Source: Candidatus Falkowbacteria bacterium RIFOXYA2_FULL_47_19 (lineage in GTDB: Bacteria; Patescibacteriota; Patescibacteriia; Patescibacteriales; UBA12075). From it: a DNA stretch of 64,000 nt. Positions within the stretch are counted from its first letter, which is position 1, and each line of letters opens with the position of its first letter. The translations under genes were made by a program, and so were the position numbers. Shown one piece after another: positions 18,835 to 25,962 of the stretch. The stretch covers positions 59,841 through 123,840 of the forward strand of contig MFGB01000017.1 of NCBI GenBank assembly GCA_001780275.1. Direction: 5' to 3'. Below the pieces are notes generated by a model. That model searched no databases. It worked only from the letters and a program-made list of their open reading frames with translations, and had not been told where the DNA came from.

Positions 18835-19475
18835 CACTCCATGTCATGGGGAGTAGCGATATGGCCATAGCCGGAGAGGAACAATTATTGGAAATTTTGG
18901 ATAGCAATAAAAGCGTGAGAACTATCCTGGAGAAAGCGCGGGAAATGGACATGCCGAATTGGTATCTCGGCGCCGGCGGTATCGTGCAGACCGTCTGGAA
19001 CCTAAAGCACGGCTTCGATCCGGAAAACGGCATTAAGGATTACGATCTGGTCTACTATGACGCGGGCGATATTTCCTATGAGGCGGAGGATAGGTTCATA
19101 CTAAGAGGCGAAAAATTTTTTAAAGACATACCCGTGCCCGTGGAAATCAGAAACCAGGCCCGCGTGCATCTGTGGTACGAAAAACATTTCGGGAAAAAGA
19201 TCGGCCAATATGGATCCGCGGAAGAGGCTATGGGTACATGGCCGACAACGGCGACGGCGGTCGGGGTCAGAAGAGAGAACGGACGATTCCGGGTATGCGC
19301 GCCGCTTGGCTTAGATGATCTCCTCGGCATGATCGTAAGGGCGAACAAAGCGCTGATCACCGAAAAGATCTATCGGGATAAGGCCGACAGGTGGATAAAA
19401 ATCTGGCCGAATCTGAAAATAATCCCGTGGAGCCAAGAACAAGATCGGAAAATGCCGGGGATTGATCCAATATAA
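18831..19475 (+). CDS. Nucleotidyltransferase family protein (PF06042-like)
   Basis: [15 protein letters not shown] motif. The ATG at 18831 overlaps the secA stop (ATGA). Alternative starts are 18846 and 18861. Confidence 0.7.
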   Translation: MTLHVMGSSDMAIAGEEQLLEILDSNKSVRTILEKAREMDMPNWYLGAGGIVQTVWNLKHGFDPENGIKDYDLVYYDAGDISYEAEDRFILRGEKFFKDIPVPVEIRNQARVHLWYEKHFGKKIGQYGSAEEAMGTWPTTATAVGVRRENGRFRVCAPLGLDDLLGMIVRANKALITEKIYRDKADRWIKIWPNLKIIPWSQEQDRKMPGIDPI

Positions 19476-19477
19476 AT

Positions 19478-19939
19478 ATGGCCATTGAATATTATAATAA
19501 TTTACCGAAAAAGCGGATTGGAGCGGGGGTTATAATCTTAAACGGAAAAGAGGAGGTTCTTATCGTAAAACCTGGTTACAAAGACCATTGGTCGATAGTG
19601 GGCGGAGTGGTTGATGAAAATGAATCTCCGTTGAAAGCAGCCAGGAGGGAGACGAAGGAAGAAATAGGGATCGAGCTTAAAGACGCGAGATTTTTATGCG
19701 TCGATCACGTTTTGGATAACGGAAAAGGGGAGAGTTTGCAATTTATATTCTACGGCGGGAAACTGGACGAAGAAGAAATAAAGAAAATAAAGATCGACGG
19801 GAAAGAGATCGTCGAATATAAGTTCGTGAAAACAGACGATGCTTTGCGCCTGTTAAGCGAAAATTCAAGGATCAGGCTGTCGAAATGTTTTAAAGCTTTA
19901 AAGAATGATACGGCAATTTATTCAGAGGGGGATAAATGA
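19478..19939 (+). CDS. NUDIX hydrolase
   Basis: Nudix box GGVVDENESPLKAARRETKEEIGIE. Confidence 0.85.
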   Translation: MAIEYYNNLPKKRIGAGVIILNGKEEVLIVKPGYKDHWSIVGGVVDENESPLKAARRETKEEIGIELKDARFLCVDHVLDNGKGESLQFIFYGGKLDEEEIKKIKIDGKEIVEYKFVKTDDALRLLSENSRIRLSKCFKALKNDTAIYSEGDK

Positions 19940-19963
19940 TTTTGCTATCAAATAATATATTAT

Positions 19964-20000
19964 AAAACCCGGACTCGTAAGAGCCGGGTGTTTTGTTTTT
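19964..20000. terminator. Bidirectional terminator between convergent genes
   Basis: ACCCGGACTC-GTAA-GAGCCGGGT flanked by A and T runs. Confidence 0.65.
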
Positions 20001-20012
20001 TAAGCGGCTTGG

Positions 20013-20435
20013 TCAGTAAGGAACGATTTGACCGTTGGCGCGGATACGCGACCGGGTTTCTTCGACCGTCAAAACCAGCGGCTGCATGGATGAAAGGTCC
20101 GTCGGCTTGACGATAAGGCCGATATCGATCCGCCAGATAGGATATCCTTTCAGGGCGATATATCGAGCTTCCCCGAAAACGCCGGCGCCCCATTTGCCGT
20201 CGCGGAAAGGCAGGAAAACGCCGCCCTCGCATCCGGAAAGGACTTCCTGGAAAAAATAATCCATGCCGTTGCCGCGTGTTTTTTTCCAGTACTCGTATCC
20301 CTCCTGGTGATTTTTCTGGTTGGGATTTTCGATATTCCAATCGGGAAAATCAGCGGCGATCTTTTCAAGCAGTATTTTTTCCAGATCCGTACCGTAAACG
20401 TTGACCGGATGGCCGAAATACAATTTTTTTGGCAT
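20013..20435 (-). CDS. Hypothetical protein (possibly a nucleoside 2-deoxyribosyltransferase-like fold)
   Basis: It has its own promoter and an SD (GGGAGGAAG). KLYFGHPVNVYGT…GGVFLPFRDGKWGAGVFGEARYIALKGYPIW is loosely reminiscent of that fold. No firm family call. Confidence 0.6.
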   Translation of the reverse strand: MPKKLYFGHPVNVYGTDLEKILLEKIAADFPDWNIENPNQKNHQEGYEYWKKTRGNGMDYFFQEVLSGCEGGVFLPFRDGKWGAGVFGEARYIALKGYPIWRIDIGLIVKPTDLSSMQPLVLTVEETRSRIRANGQIVPY

Positions 20436-20483
20436 TACTTCCTCCCATTGGTTTAAGTTTATCAGCTTTAAGCCGATTATTTC

Positions 20484-20511
20484 ATGTTACTCCGGTATAA
20501 AATATTGTCAA
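20484..20511 (-). promoter_or_regulatory. Promoter of the 20013-20435 gene
   Basis: Reverse strand: TTGACA, 16 nt, TAACAT. Confidence 0.55.
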
Positions 20512-20531
20512 CCTCCGTTTGCGTATTTTAA

Positions 20532-20560
20532 TTGACGCTTGCGGGCGATAATAGTATAAT
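20532..20560 (+). promoter_or_regulatory. Promoter of the lipoprotein gene at 20642
   Basis: TTGACG, 17 nt, TATAAT. Confidence 0.65.
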
Positions 20561-20641
20561 AGTATAAGCATATAACAATAACGTTCAAGTTCATTAAAAT
20601 TTTTTAAATTCAAGCGCGCATTTTCGTTCGGGGGGTTAATC

Positions 20642-21253
20642 ATGAAGAGCAACAGAATAGCGACGGTATTATTTCTTATGGGCCTGATTATTGCGATCGG
20701 CTTAGGCTGTGCCGGTCCGGGCGGCCATAACAAATGGCTTCATAATTCCGACTTTAACAGCCTTCGGGACGCCGCGGATCTGGGACTCAAGTCTTTGGAC
20801 GACATTAAGGCCAGGGTCAATACCGTCATTAAGGAAAAAGCTTCACCGGTGCGGTTAAAAGAACTGTTCGGCGTCAATAATCTTGAACGCTGGAGCGAAA
20901 CCGATACCCAAAAGTATTTTTTCCACAACGACAGCATAACCATCGGCCAGGTGCCAAAAGGCATTCAGGATTGTATCCGCGACAATAAAAGCTATTATGC
21001 TTACGTTTTGCCCGTAACGGCTTATACCGAGAAAGAGATTGGGAATTTTTTAAAGAACAAACTGAACTTCGAAGTAATTAAGATCAAGGACGGTTATACC
21101 TACTGGGCGATATTCGTTTACGACGAAAATGACCGTTTTGCCTATCACGAATGGAAAGAAGTGCCTATTTACAGCAAGAAAACCGATCGCGACCGCCTGG
21201 GTCCGCTCGGCAACATGAATAGCTTGATTGAAAAGCCGAAAATAGGTTTTTAA
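20642..21253 (+). CDS. Hypothetical lipoprotein
   Basis: Lipobox IAIGLGCAG. Promoter at 20532-20560 and terminator at 21265-21297. Confidence 0.65.
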   Translation: MKSNRIATVLFLMGLIIAIGLGCAGPGGHNKWLHNSDFNSLRDAADLGLKSLDDIKARVNTVIKEKASPVRLKELFGVNNLERWSETDTQKYFFHNDSITIGQVPKGIQDCIRDNKSYYAYVLPVTAYTEKEIGNFLKNKLNFEVIKIKDGYTYWAIFVYDENDRFAYHEWKEVPIYSKKTDRDRLGPLGNMNSLIEKPKIGF

Positions 21254-21264
21254 AAACAAAAAAT

Positions 21265-21297
21265 ACCCGCCTTTTCGCCTACAGGGGCGGGTTTATT
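21265..21297 (+). terminator. Intrinsic terminator of the lipoprotein gene
   Basis: ACCCGCC…GGCGGGT followed by T-rich sequence. Confidence 0.6.
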
Positions 21298-21312
21298 TTA
21301 ATTTAAAAATAG

Positions 21313-21340
21313 AAAAAAGCACCGGTTTTTACGGTGCTTT
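21313..21340 (-). terminator. Intrinsic terminator of the small D/G/P-rich ORF
   Basis: Reverse strand: GCACCG-loop-CGGTGC followed by T6. Confidence 0.65.
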
Positions 21341-21344
21341 AAGT

Positions 21345-21518
21345 TCAAATGCCGTCGTAATCGCGTCCGTCGGGACCGTCATCGGGAGACGGGTCACTTG
21401 GGCCGTCAGGTCCCGTATATCCGCCGCCATCCGGACCGTCGTCATAATGTCCGCGTCGGCCTCCTCCGGGGCAAACGTCGTCAAAACTGGAGTGTTGATC
21501 GGGCATTTTCCTGGGCAT
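21345..21518 (-). CDS. Small Asp/Gly/Pro-rich protein (57 aa); below the track cutoff
   Basis: Reverse translation gives MPRKMPDQHSSFDDVCPGGGRRGHYDDGPDGGGYTGPDGPSDPSPDDGPDGRDYDGI. It has an SD (AAGGAGGG), a consensus promoter at 21568-21596 and its own terminator at 21313-21340. Confidence 0.5.
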   Translation of the reverse strand: MPRKMPDQHSSFDDVCPGGGRRGHYDDGPDGGGYTGPDGPSDPSPDDGPDGRDYDGI

Positions 21519-21567
21519 TTTTTATTTCCCTCCTTGTGAAAGATCAGAATGTAAGTAATTTAGCGTT

Positions 21568-21596
21568 ATAATATCATTTATTATTATTTTTGTCAA
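21568..21596 (-). promoter_or_regulatory. Promoter of the small D/G/P-rich ORF
   Basis: Reverse strand: TTGACA, 17 nt, TATTAT. Confidence 0.6.
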
Positions 21597-21677
21597 GATT
21601 GCATTTTATTTTGTTTTGTTTTAAAATAAAATAACGATTATATTTTTGGCTGTACGTTCGGTGTATTCGTGGTAAAA

Positions 21678-21708
21678 TGTAGGAACGGAACAATGTTCCG
21701 TTCCTACA
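21678..21708. repeat. Perfect palindromic hairpin in the secD leader region
   Basis: TGTAGGAACGGAACA|ATGTTCCGTTCCTACA. Confidence 0.85.
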
Positions 21709-21733
21709 TTTTATTATTTTAATTTCCATCAAT

Positions 21734-23812
21734 ATGGCAGACAATATCCTTAAAAAAATCGCTTATCCGAGCGCCCGCGGCCGGATTTGGCGTAATTTTT
21801 TCCTGATCATTATTTTGATCGCGGCTGGCGGACTTATTGACGGCGGCCGTTACTATAACCGGGGAGCGGACTGGCTATCGGATAAAACCGGAGAAACGAT
21901 CAATCTGCCCCGGACCAAGGACGTTCCTTTCCGTCTGGGACTCGATCTTTTGGGTGGAACGCAGCTCGTTTATGAGGCCAATATGTCGGATGTGCCCGAA
22001 GCCGATCGGACGAGCGCCCTGGACGGAGTCCGGGACGTGATCGAGCGCCGGGTAAATGTTTTCGGGGTAAGCGAGCCGTTAGTGCAGACCAGCGTATCGG
22101 GGGATAAGTACCGGATCATCGTGGAATTAGCCGGCATTAAAGATATCGCCGAAGCTATCGATATGATCGGCGAGACGCCGCTTCTGGAATTCAAGGAAGA
22201 GGCCGGCGGCGAGCGGCAATTGACCGCGGAGGAGGAGTCCGCCTTGAATGATTTCAACCGCCAGGCCGAAGAAAAAGCGGAAGAAGTATTGGGGAAATTG
22301 ACCGCTGGCGGAGATTTTGAAGCCTTGGCGAAAGAATACAGCCAGGACGAAGCCACCAAGGACGGCGGCGGAGACCTAGGCTGGATAACGGCGGGGGGAA
22401 ACCCGGCCATAGTGGAAGCGGTCAAGGATTATAAGGCCGGAGAGGTGAGCCCGGAGTTAGTGAAAACCGGAACCGGTTATGCTATTTATAAACTTGAAGA
22501 AAAGCGGAACAAGACCAATCCCTTCAATGAAGATGAAACAGAGAAAGAAATAAAAGCGTCCCACATTTTGATCTGCCATAAAGAGGTCGAATCCTGCGCG
22601 AGCGGTTTAAGCAAAGAAGAGGCTTACGCGCGCATCAAGGATATCGAAAATGATCTTACTCCCAAGAATTTCGCGAGTGTGGCCAAAGAATATTCGGACG
22701 ACTCCGGTACTAAGGACCGGGGCGGTGATCTTGGCTGGTTCAGCCGGGGGGATATGGTCAAGCCTTTCGAGGATACCGTCCTGGAGCAGAAAACCGGGAC
22801 CATATCCTGGATCGTGGAAACCGAATTCGGTTATCACCTGATATACAAAGAAGCGGAAAGGACGGTCGAGGAATATCATGTTCGGCGCATAACGATAAAT
22901 ACCATGACCGCGGCCGATGTCGCCGGCGGCGAACCGGAATGGAAGAATACGGAATTGACCGGCAAGCATCTCGAGCGTTCACGGGTGCAATTCAATCCTA
23001 ACGATAATACGCCGGAAGTGGGGCTTGAGTTCGACGGCGAGGGAGCCGAGCTGTTCGCGGAGATCACGGGACGGAACATCGGAAAACCGGTGGCTATTTA
23101 CCTGGACGGTTATCCGATAAGCATACCGACCGTTAACGATAAAATTACGGGGGGCCAGGCGGTAATAAGCGGCCGTTTCAGTATCAAAGAGGCGAAGCTT
23201 CTGGCCGAGCGCCTGAACGCCGGCGCGCTGCCGGTACCGATCGATCTAATAAACCAGCAAACCGTCGGCGCCAGCCTGGGCCAGGCGTCACTCGCGGCCA
23301 GCCTTAAAGCGGGAATGATCGGCCTGGGTTTAGTCGCCCTGTTCATGATCATTTTTTACCGTTTGCCCGGATTATTATCGGTCTTTGCGCTTATTTTTTA
23401 CGGTGTTTTGATTTTGGCGGTTTTCAAGATCTGGCCGGTTACCCTGTCCTTGGCCGGTTTAGCCGGTTTTATCCTGTCCATCGGCATGGCGGTAGACGCC
23501 AACGTATTGATATTTTCGCGTTTAAAAGAAGAATTACGGGCGGGTAAACCGCTTTCCCTGGCTATCGGAGACGCTTTTAACCGCGCCTGGCCGTCTATTC
23601 GCGACGGAAACGTTTCCACTATCCTGACCTGCCTTATCCTGGTGTGGTTTTCCACAAGCATCATAAAAGGTTTCGCCATCACTCTTCTTATCGGTGTTTC
23701 AGTGTCCATGTTCTCGGCGATCATAGTCACGAAGAACTTGCTGCAGCTGGTAGCGGGAGCTTGGCTTGAAAAAAGGCCGGGTTTGATCACCGCGGGACTA
23801 AAAACAAGATAA
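21734..23812 (+). CDS. secD: Protein translocase subunit SecD with two parvulin (PpiC-type) PPIase modules embedded in the periplasmic domain
   Basis: SecD N-terminus (LGLDLLGGTQLVYEA, RIIVELAGIKD, GETPLLEFKEE). P1 head (GLEFDGEGAELFAEITGRNIGKPVAIYLDG). C-terminal 6-TM core (ILSIGMAVDANVLIFSRLKEE). In between are FEALAKEYSQDEATKDGGGDLGWI…GYAIYKL and ASHILICH…FASVAKEYSDDSGTKDRGGDLGWFSRGDMVKPFEDTV…FGYHLIYK. Confidence 0.9.
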   Translation: MADNILKKIAYPSARGRIWRNFFLIIILIAAGGLIDGGRYYNRGADWLSDKTGETINLPRTKDVPFRLGLDLLGGTQLVYEANMSDVPEADRTSALDGVRDVIERRVNVFGVSEPLVQTSVSGDKYRIIVELAGIKDIAEAIDMIGETPLLEFKEEAGGERQLTAEEESALNDFNRQAEEKAEEVLGKLTAGGDFEALAKEYSQDEATKDGGGDLGWITAGGNPAIVEAVKDYKAGEVSPELVKTGTGYAIYKLEEKRNKTNPFNEDETEKEIKASHILICHKEVESCASGLSKEEAYARIKDIENDLTPKNFASVAKEYSDDSGTKDRGGDLGWFSRGDMVKPFEDTVLEQKTGTISWIVETEFGYHLIYKEAERTVEEYHVRRITINTMTAADVAGGEPEWKNTELTGKHLERSRVQFNPNDNTPEVGLEFDGEGAELFAEITGRNIGKPVAIYLDGYPISIPTVNDKITGGQAVISGRFSIKEAKLLAERLNAGALPVPIDLINQQTVGASLGQASLAASLKAGMIGLGLVALFMIIFYRLPGLLSVFALIFYGVLILAVFKIWPVTLSLAGLAGFILSIGMAVDANVLIFSRLKEELRAGKPLSLAIGDAFNRAWPSIRDGNVSTILTCLILVWFSTSIIKGFAITLLIGVSVSMFSAIIVTKNLLQLVAGAWLEKRPGLITAGLKTR

Positions 23813-23823
23813 TTTAGAAAAAA

Positions 23824-24609
23824 ATGTTCACGACCAAAGAGCAGAAGATCATTGCCGCGGTCAGAAGCGGAGGTGAAACTCTCAAAATAAATTTCGGGAA
23901 AAATTTACGAACTTACCGCAAGACGATCGCTTCGGATTTTTTTACCGAGGCGGACATAAAGACGGAAACCAGGATAATCAGCCTCATAAAAAAAGTTTAT
24001 CCGGGAATAAACATATTGGCCGAAGAATCAGGGGTGGAAAATAACGGCTCTGACTACACACTCGTCATCGACCCCCTTGACGGGACCAATAATTTCGCTT
24101 TGAATATTCCTTATTTTTCGGTCGCGGTCGCCCTGATGGAAGGAGAAAAAACCGTTTTCGCGTGCGTTTATAATCCGATTTTGAACGATCTTTATTGCGC
24201 TAAACTGGGCAAGGGGGCCTATAAGAACGGCCGTCGGATGAAAGTAAGCCGTAAAACCAGCTTAAGCCAGGCTACGATCGCTTATGTGACCGGCTACAGC
24301 AATATCAAGGATCTAAGATTATCCATGACAAAAAAGCTTTACCATAAATTCGCCGAAAGGATACTTGATAATTGGTGCCCGACCCTCGACTATTGCTTAT
24401 TAGCTGAAGGCAAGATCGAATGCGTGATCACGGATGACGACGACCTGCATGAATCGATCATCGGTAAGCTCTTTATTACCGAAAGCGGCGGAATCGTTAC
24501 GGATTACCGGGGGGAGAAAAGCCGCGGCTATAAAGAATATAGATTTATTTCCGCTAACGGCAAAAAAATATTAAACGAAGTTTTGCGCATCGTTAATCAT
24601 AAAAAGTAG
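23824..24609 (+). CDS. Inositol monophosphatase family protein (SuhB/IMPase-like)
   Basis: LVIDPLDGTNNF metal-binding motif and a WxxDxxD-like region (CVITDDDDLHE). Confidence 0.8.
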   Translation: MFTTKEQKIIAAVRSGGETLKINFGKNLRTYRKTIASDFFTEADIKTETRIISLIKKVYPGINILAEESGVENNGSDYTLVIDPLDGTNNFALNIPYFSVAVALMEGEKTVFACVYNPILNDLYCAKLGKGAYKNGRRMKVSRKTSLSQATIAYVTGYSNIKDLRLSMTKKLYHKFAERILDNWCPTLDYCLLAEGKIECVITDDDDLHESIIGKLFITESGGIVTDYRGEKSRGYKEYRFISANGKKILNEVLRIVNHKK

Positions 24610-24635
24610 AGGCGGCGCCTCTGCTGATAAAAAAT

Positions 24636-25634
24636 ATGTATCAAATAATCCAAAAAAGGAATATTTACCTTTTCTTATCGGGAGCGCTGGTGGCCGCGTC
24701 CATGATCGCTCTGCTTCTCTGGGGATTCAATTACGGGATCGATTTTACCGGCGGCACCCTTCTTGAGGTTCGGTTTAAGGACGGCCGGCCGGCGGTAAAC
24801 GACGTCCGACAGGCGATCGAAGGCCTGGAGCCGGGCAATCTTATACTCCAGCCCATCGGAGAATCGAGTCTGATCCTAAGATTCCAGGACACCAGTGAAG
24901 ACAAACACCAGGCGGTTTTGGAAAAATTGCGGGAATTAACCGGCAGCGGGAAAGAGGAAGGTACGGAAAAAGCCGGTGAAGAGGGCGTGGACGTGTCCGT
25001 CGGTGAAGACGGGACCGTCTTAACAACTCCGGCAGAATCCGCTCCGGAAGCATTCGAAGAATTGCGTTATGACGCGATTGGGCCGGCCATCGGACGGGAA
25101 CTTAAAAATAAATCCATTACAGCCATAATAATTGTTCTGATCATGATAGTTCTCTATATCGCCTGGGCTTTTCGCAAGGTTTCCAGGCCGGTCGCTTCCT
25201 GGAAATACGGTTTAGCCGCCACTTTCGCTTTGTTCCATGATGTTATCATTACCATGGGCGTATTCGCGGTTTTAGGCAGATTTTACGGGGTGGAAATAAA
25301 CACCCCATTCGTAGCCGCGATCCTGACCGTACTTGGGTATTCGATCAACGACACGATCGTGGTTTTTGACCGCATTCGGGAGAATTTACCGAAAAGCGAA
25401 GAAGATTTCGAGAACACGGTTAACGTCAGCGTCAATCAGACGATTACGCGTTCCATCAGCACGTCTTTAACCACCCTTCTGGCTTTGTCGTCTATTTTAA
25501 TATTCGGCGGAGCTTCTATCAGGGATTTCGTTCTGGCTCTGTGTATCGGTATATTTATCGGCACTTACAGTTCTATTTTCGTAGCCAGCCCGATCCTCGT
25601 AATCTGGGAGAAGATGACGGCTCGTAACGCGTGA
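24636..25634 (+). CDS. secF: Protein translocase subunit SecF
   Basis: GIDFTGGTLLEVRF motif and a C-terminal 6-TM core (GYSINDTIVVFDRIREN). Confidence 0.92.
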   Translation: MYQIIQKRNIYLFLSGALVAASMIALLLWGFNYGIDFTGGTLLEVRFKDGRPAVNDVRQAIEGLEPGNLILQPIGESSLILRFQDTSEDKHQAVLEKLRELTGSGKEEGTEKAGEEGVDVSVGEDGTVLTTPAESAPEAFEELRYDAIGPAIGRELKNKSITAIIIVLIMIVLYIAWAFRKVSRPVASWKYGLAATFALFHDVIITMGVFAVLGRFYGVEINTPFVAAILTVLGYSINDTIVVFDRIRENLPKSEEDFENTVNVSVNQTITRSISTSLTTLLALSSILIFGGASIRDFVLALCIGIFIGTYSSIFVASPILVIWEKMTARNA

Positions 25635-25664
25635 TGGGCGGCGGATTATCAGTACGAATTTACA

Positions 25665-25700
25665 TAAAAAATCGGGATGACGTTCTTTCCCGATTTTTTT
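25665..25700 (+). terminator. Intrinsic terminator of secF
   Basis: ATCGGGA-loop-TCCCGAT followed by T7. Confidence 0.75.
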
Positions 25701-25718
25701 ATGCGTTTGACAAATCTC

Positions 25719-25746
25719 TTGACAGAAAAACAGGAAATGATAGAAT
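25719..25746 (+). promoter_or_regulatory. Promoter of the candidate sRNA
   Basis: TTGACA, 16 nt, TAGAAT. A second TTGACA sits 12 nt upstream at 25707. Confidence 0.6.
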
Positions 25747-25752
25747 ATTGAT

Positions 25753-25851
25753 AACGGATCAGGGGAATAACGCGAGGCGCAAAAATTCTGACAGTTTAGC
25801 TAATGCTACTGCCACAAGCGAACCCGGAGTTCACCCCCTGATCCGTTTTTT
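25753..25851 (+). ncRNA. Candidate stand-alone small RNA (about 99 nt), class unknown
   Basis: Promoter TTGACA(25719)-16 nt-TAGAAT(25741). The 5' ACGGATCAGGGG (25754-65) pairs perfectly over 12 bp with CCCCTGATCCGT (25835-46), followed by a T6 run. Internal hairpins are TAGC-TAAT-GCTA and GAAC-CCGGA-GTTC. A second promoter for proS follows. Confidence 0.45.
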
Positions 25852-25868
25852 CTTTGGGAAAAATTATT

Positions 25869-25898
25869 TTGACAAACCCATGTCGTATGGGGTATTAT
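25869..25898 (+). promoter_or_regulatory. Promoter of proS
   Basis: TTGACA, 18 nt, TATTAT (overlapping TATAAT). Confidence 0.55.
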
Positions 25899-25962
25899 AT
25901 AATGGTAAAATGTGAATAATATACCTGGAACTGTACAAATTTTTTATACATATATTACGAAT

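Noticed and set aside
25753-25851. The candidate sRNA considered as SRP (4.5S) RNA, a tRNA, or a T-box leader for proS.
   Set aside because: It has no helix-8 GGAA/AGCA motif, no cloverleaf or T-loop GTTCRANYC, and no T-box AGGGTGGNACCGCG sequence or specifier architecture. A separate promoter precedes proS.
25631-25915. A 94-aa ORF between secF and proS.
   Set aside because: It runs across the secF terminator, two promoters and a terminator hairpin. The region is better explained as a small RNA unit plus the proS promoter.
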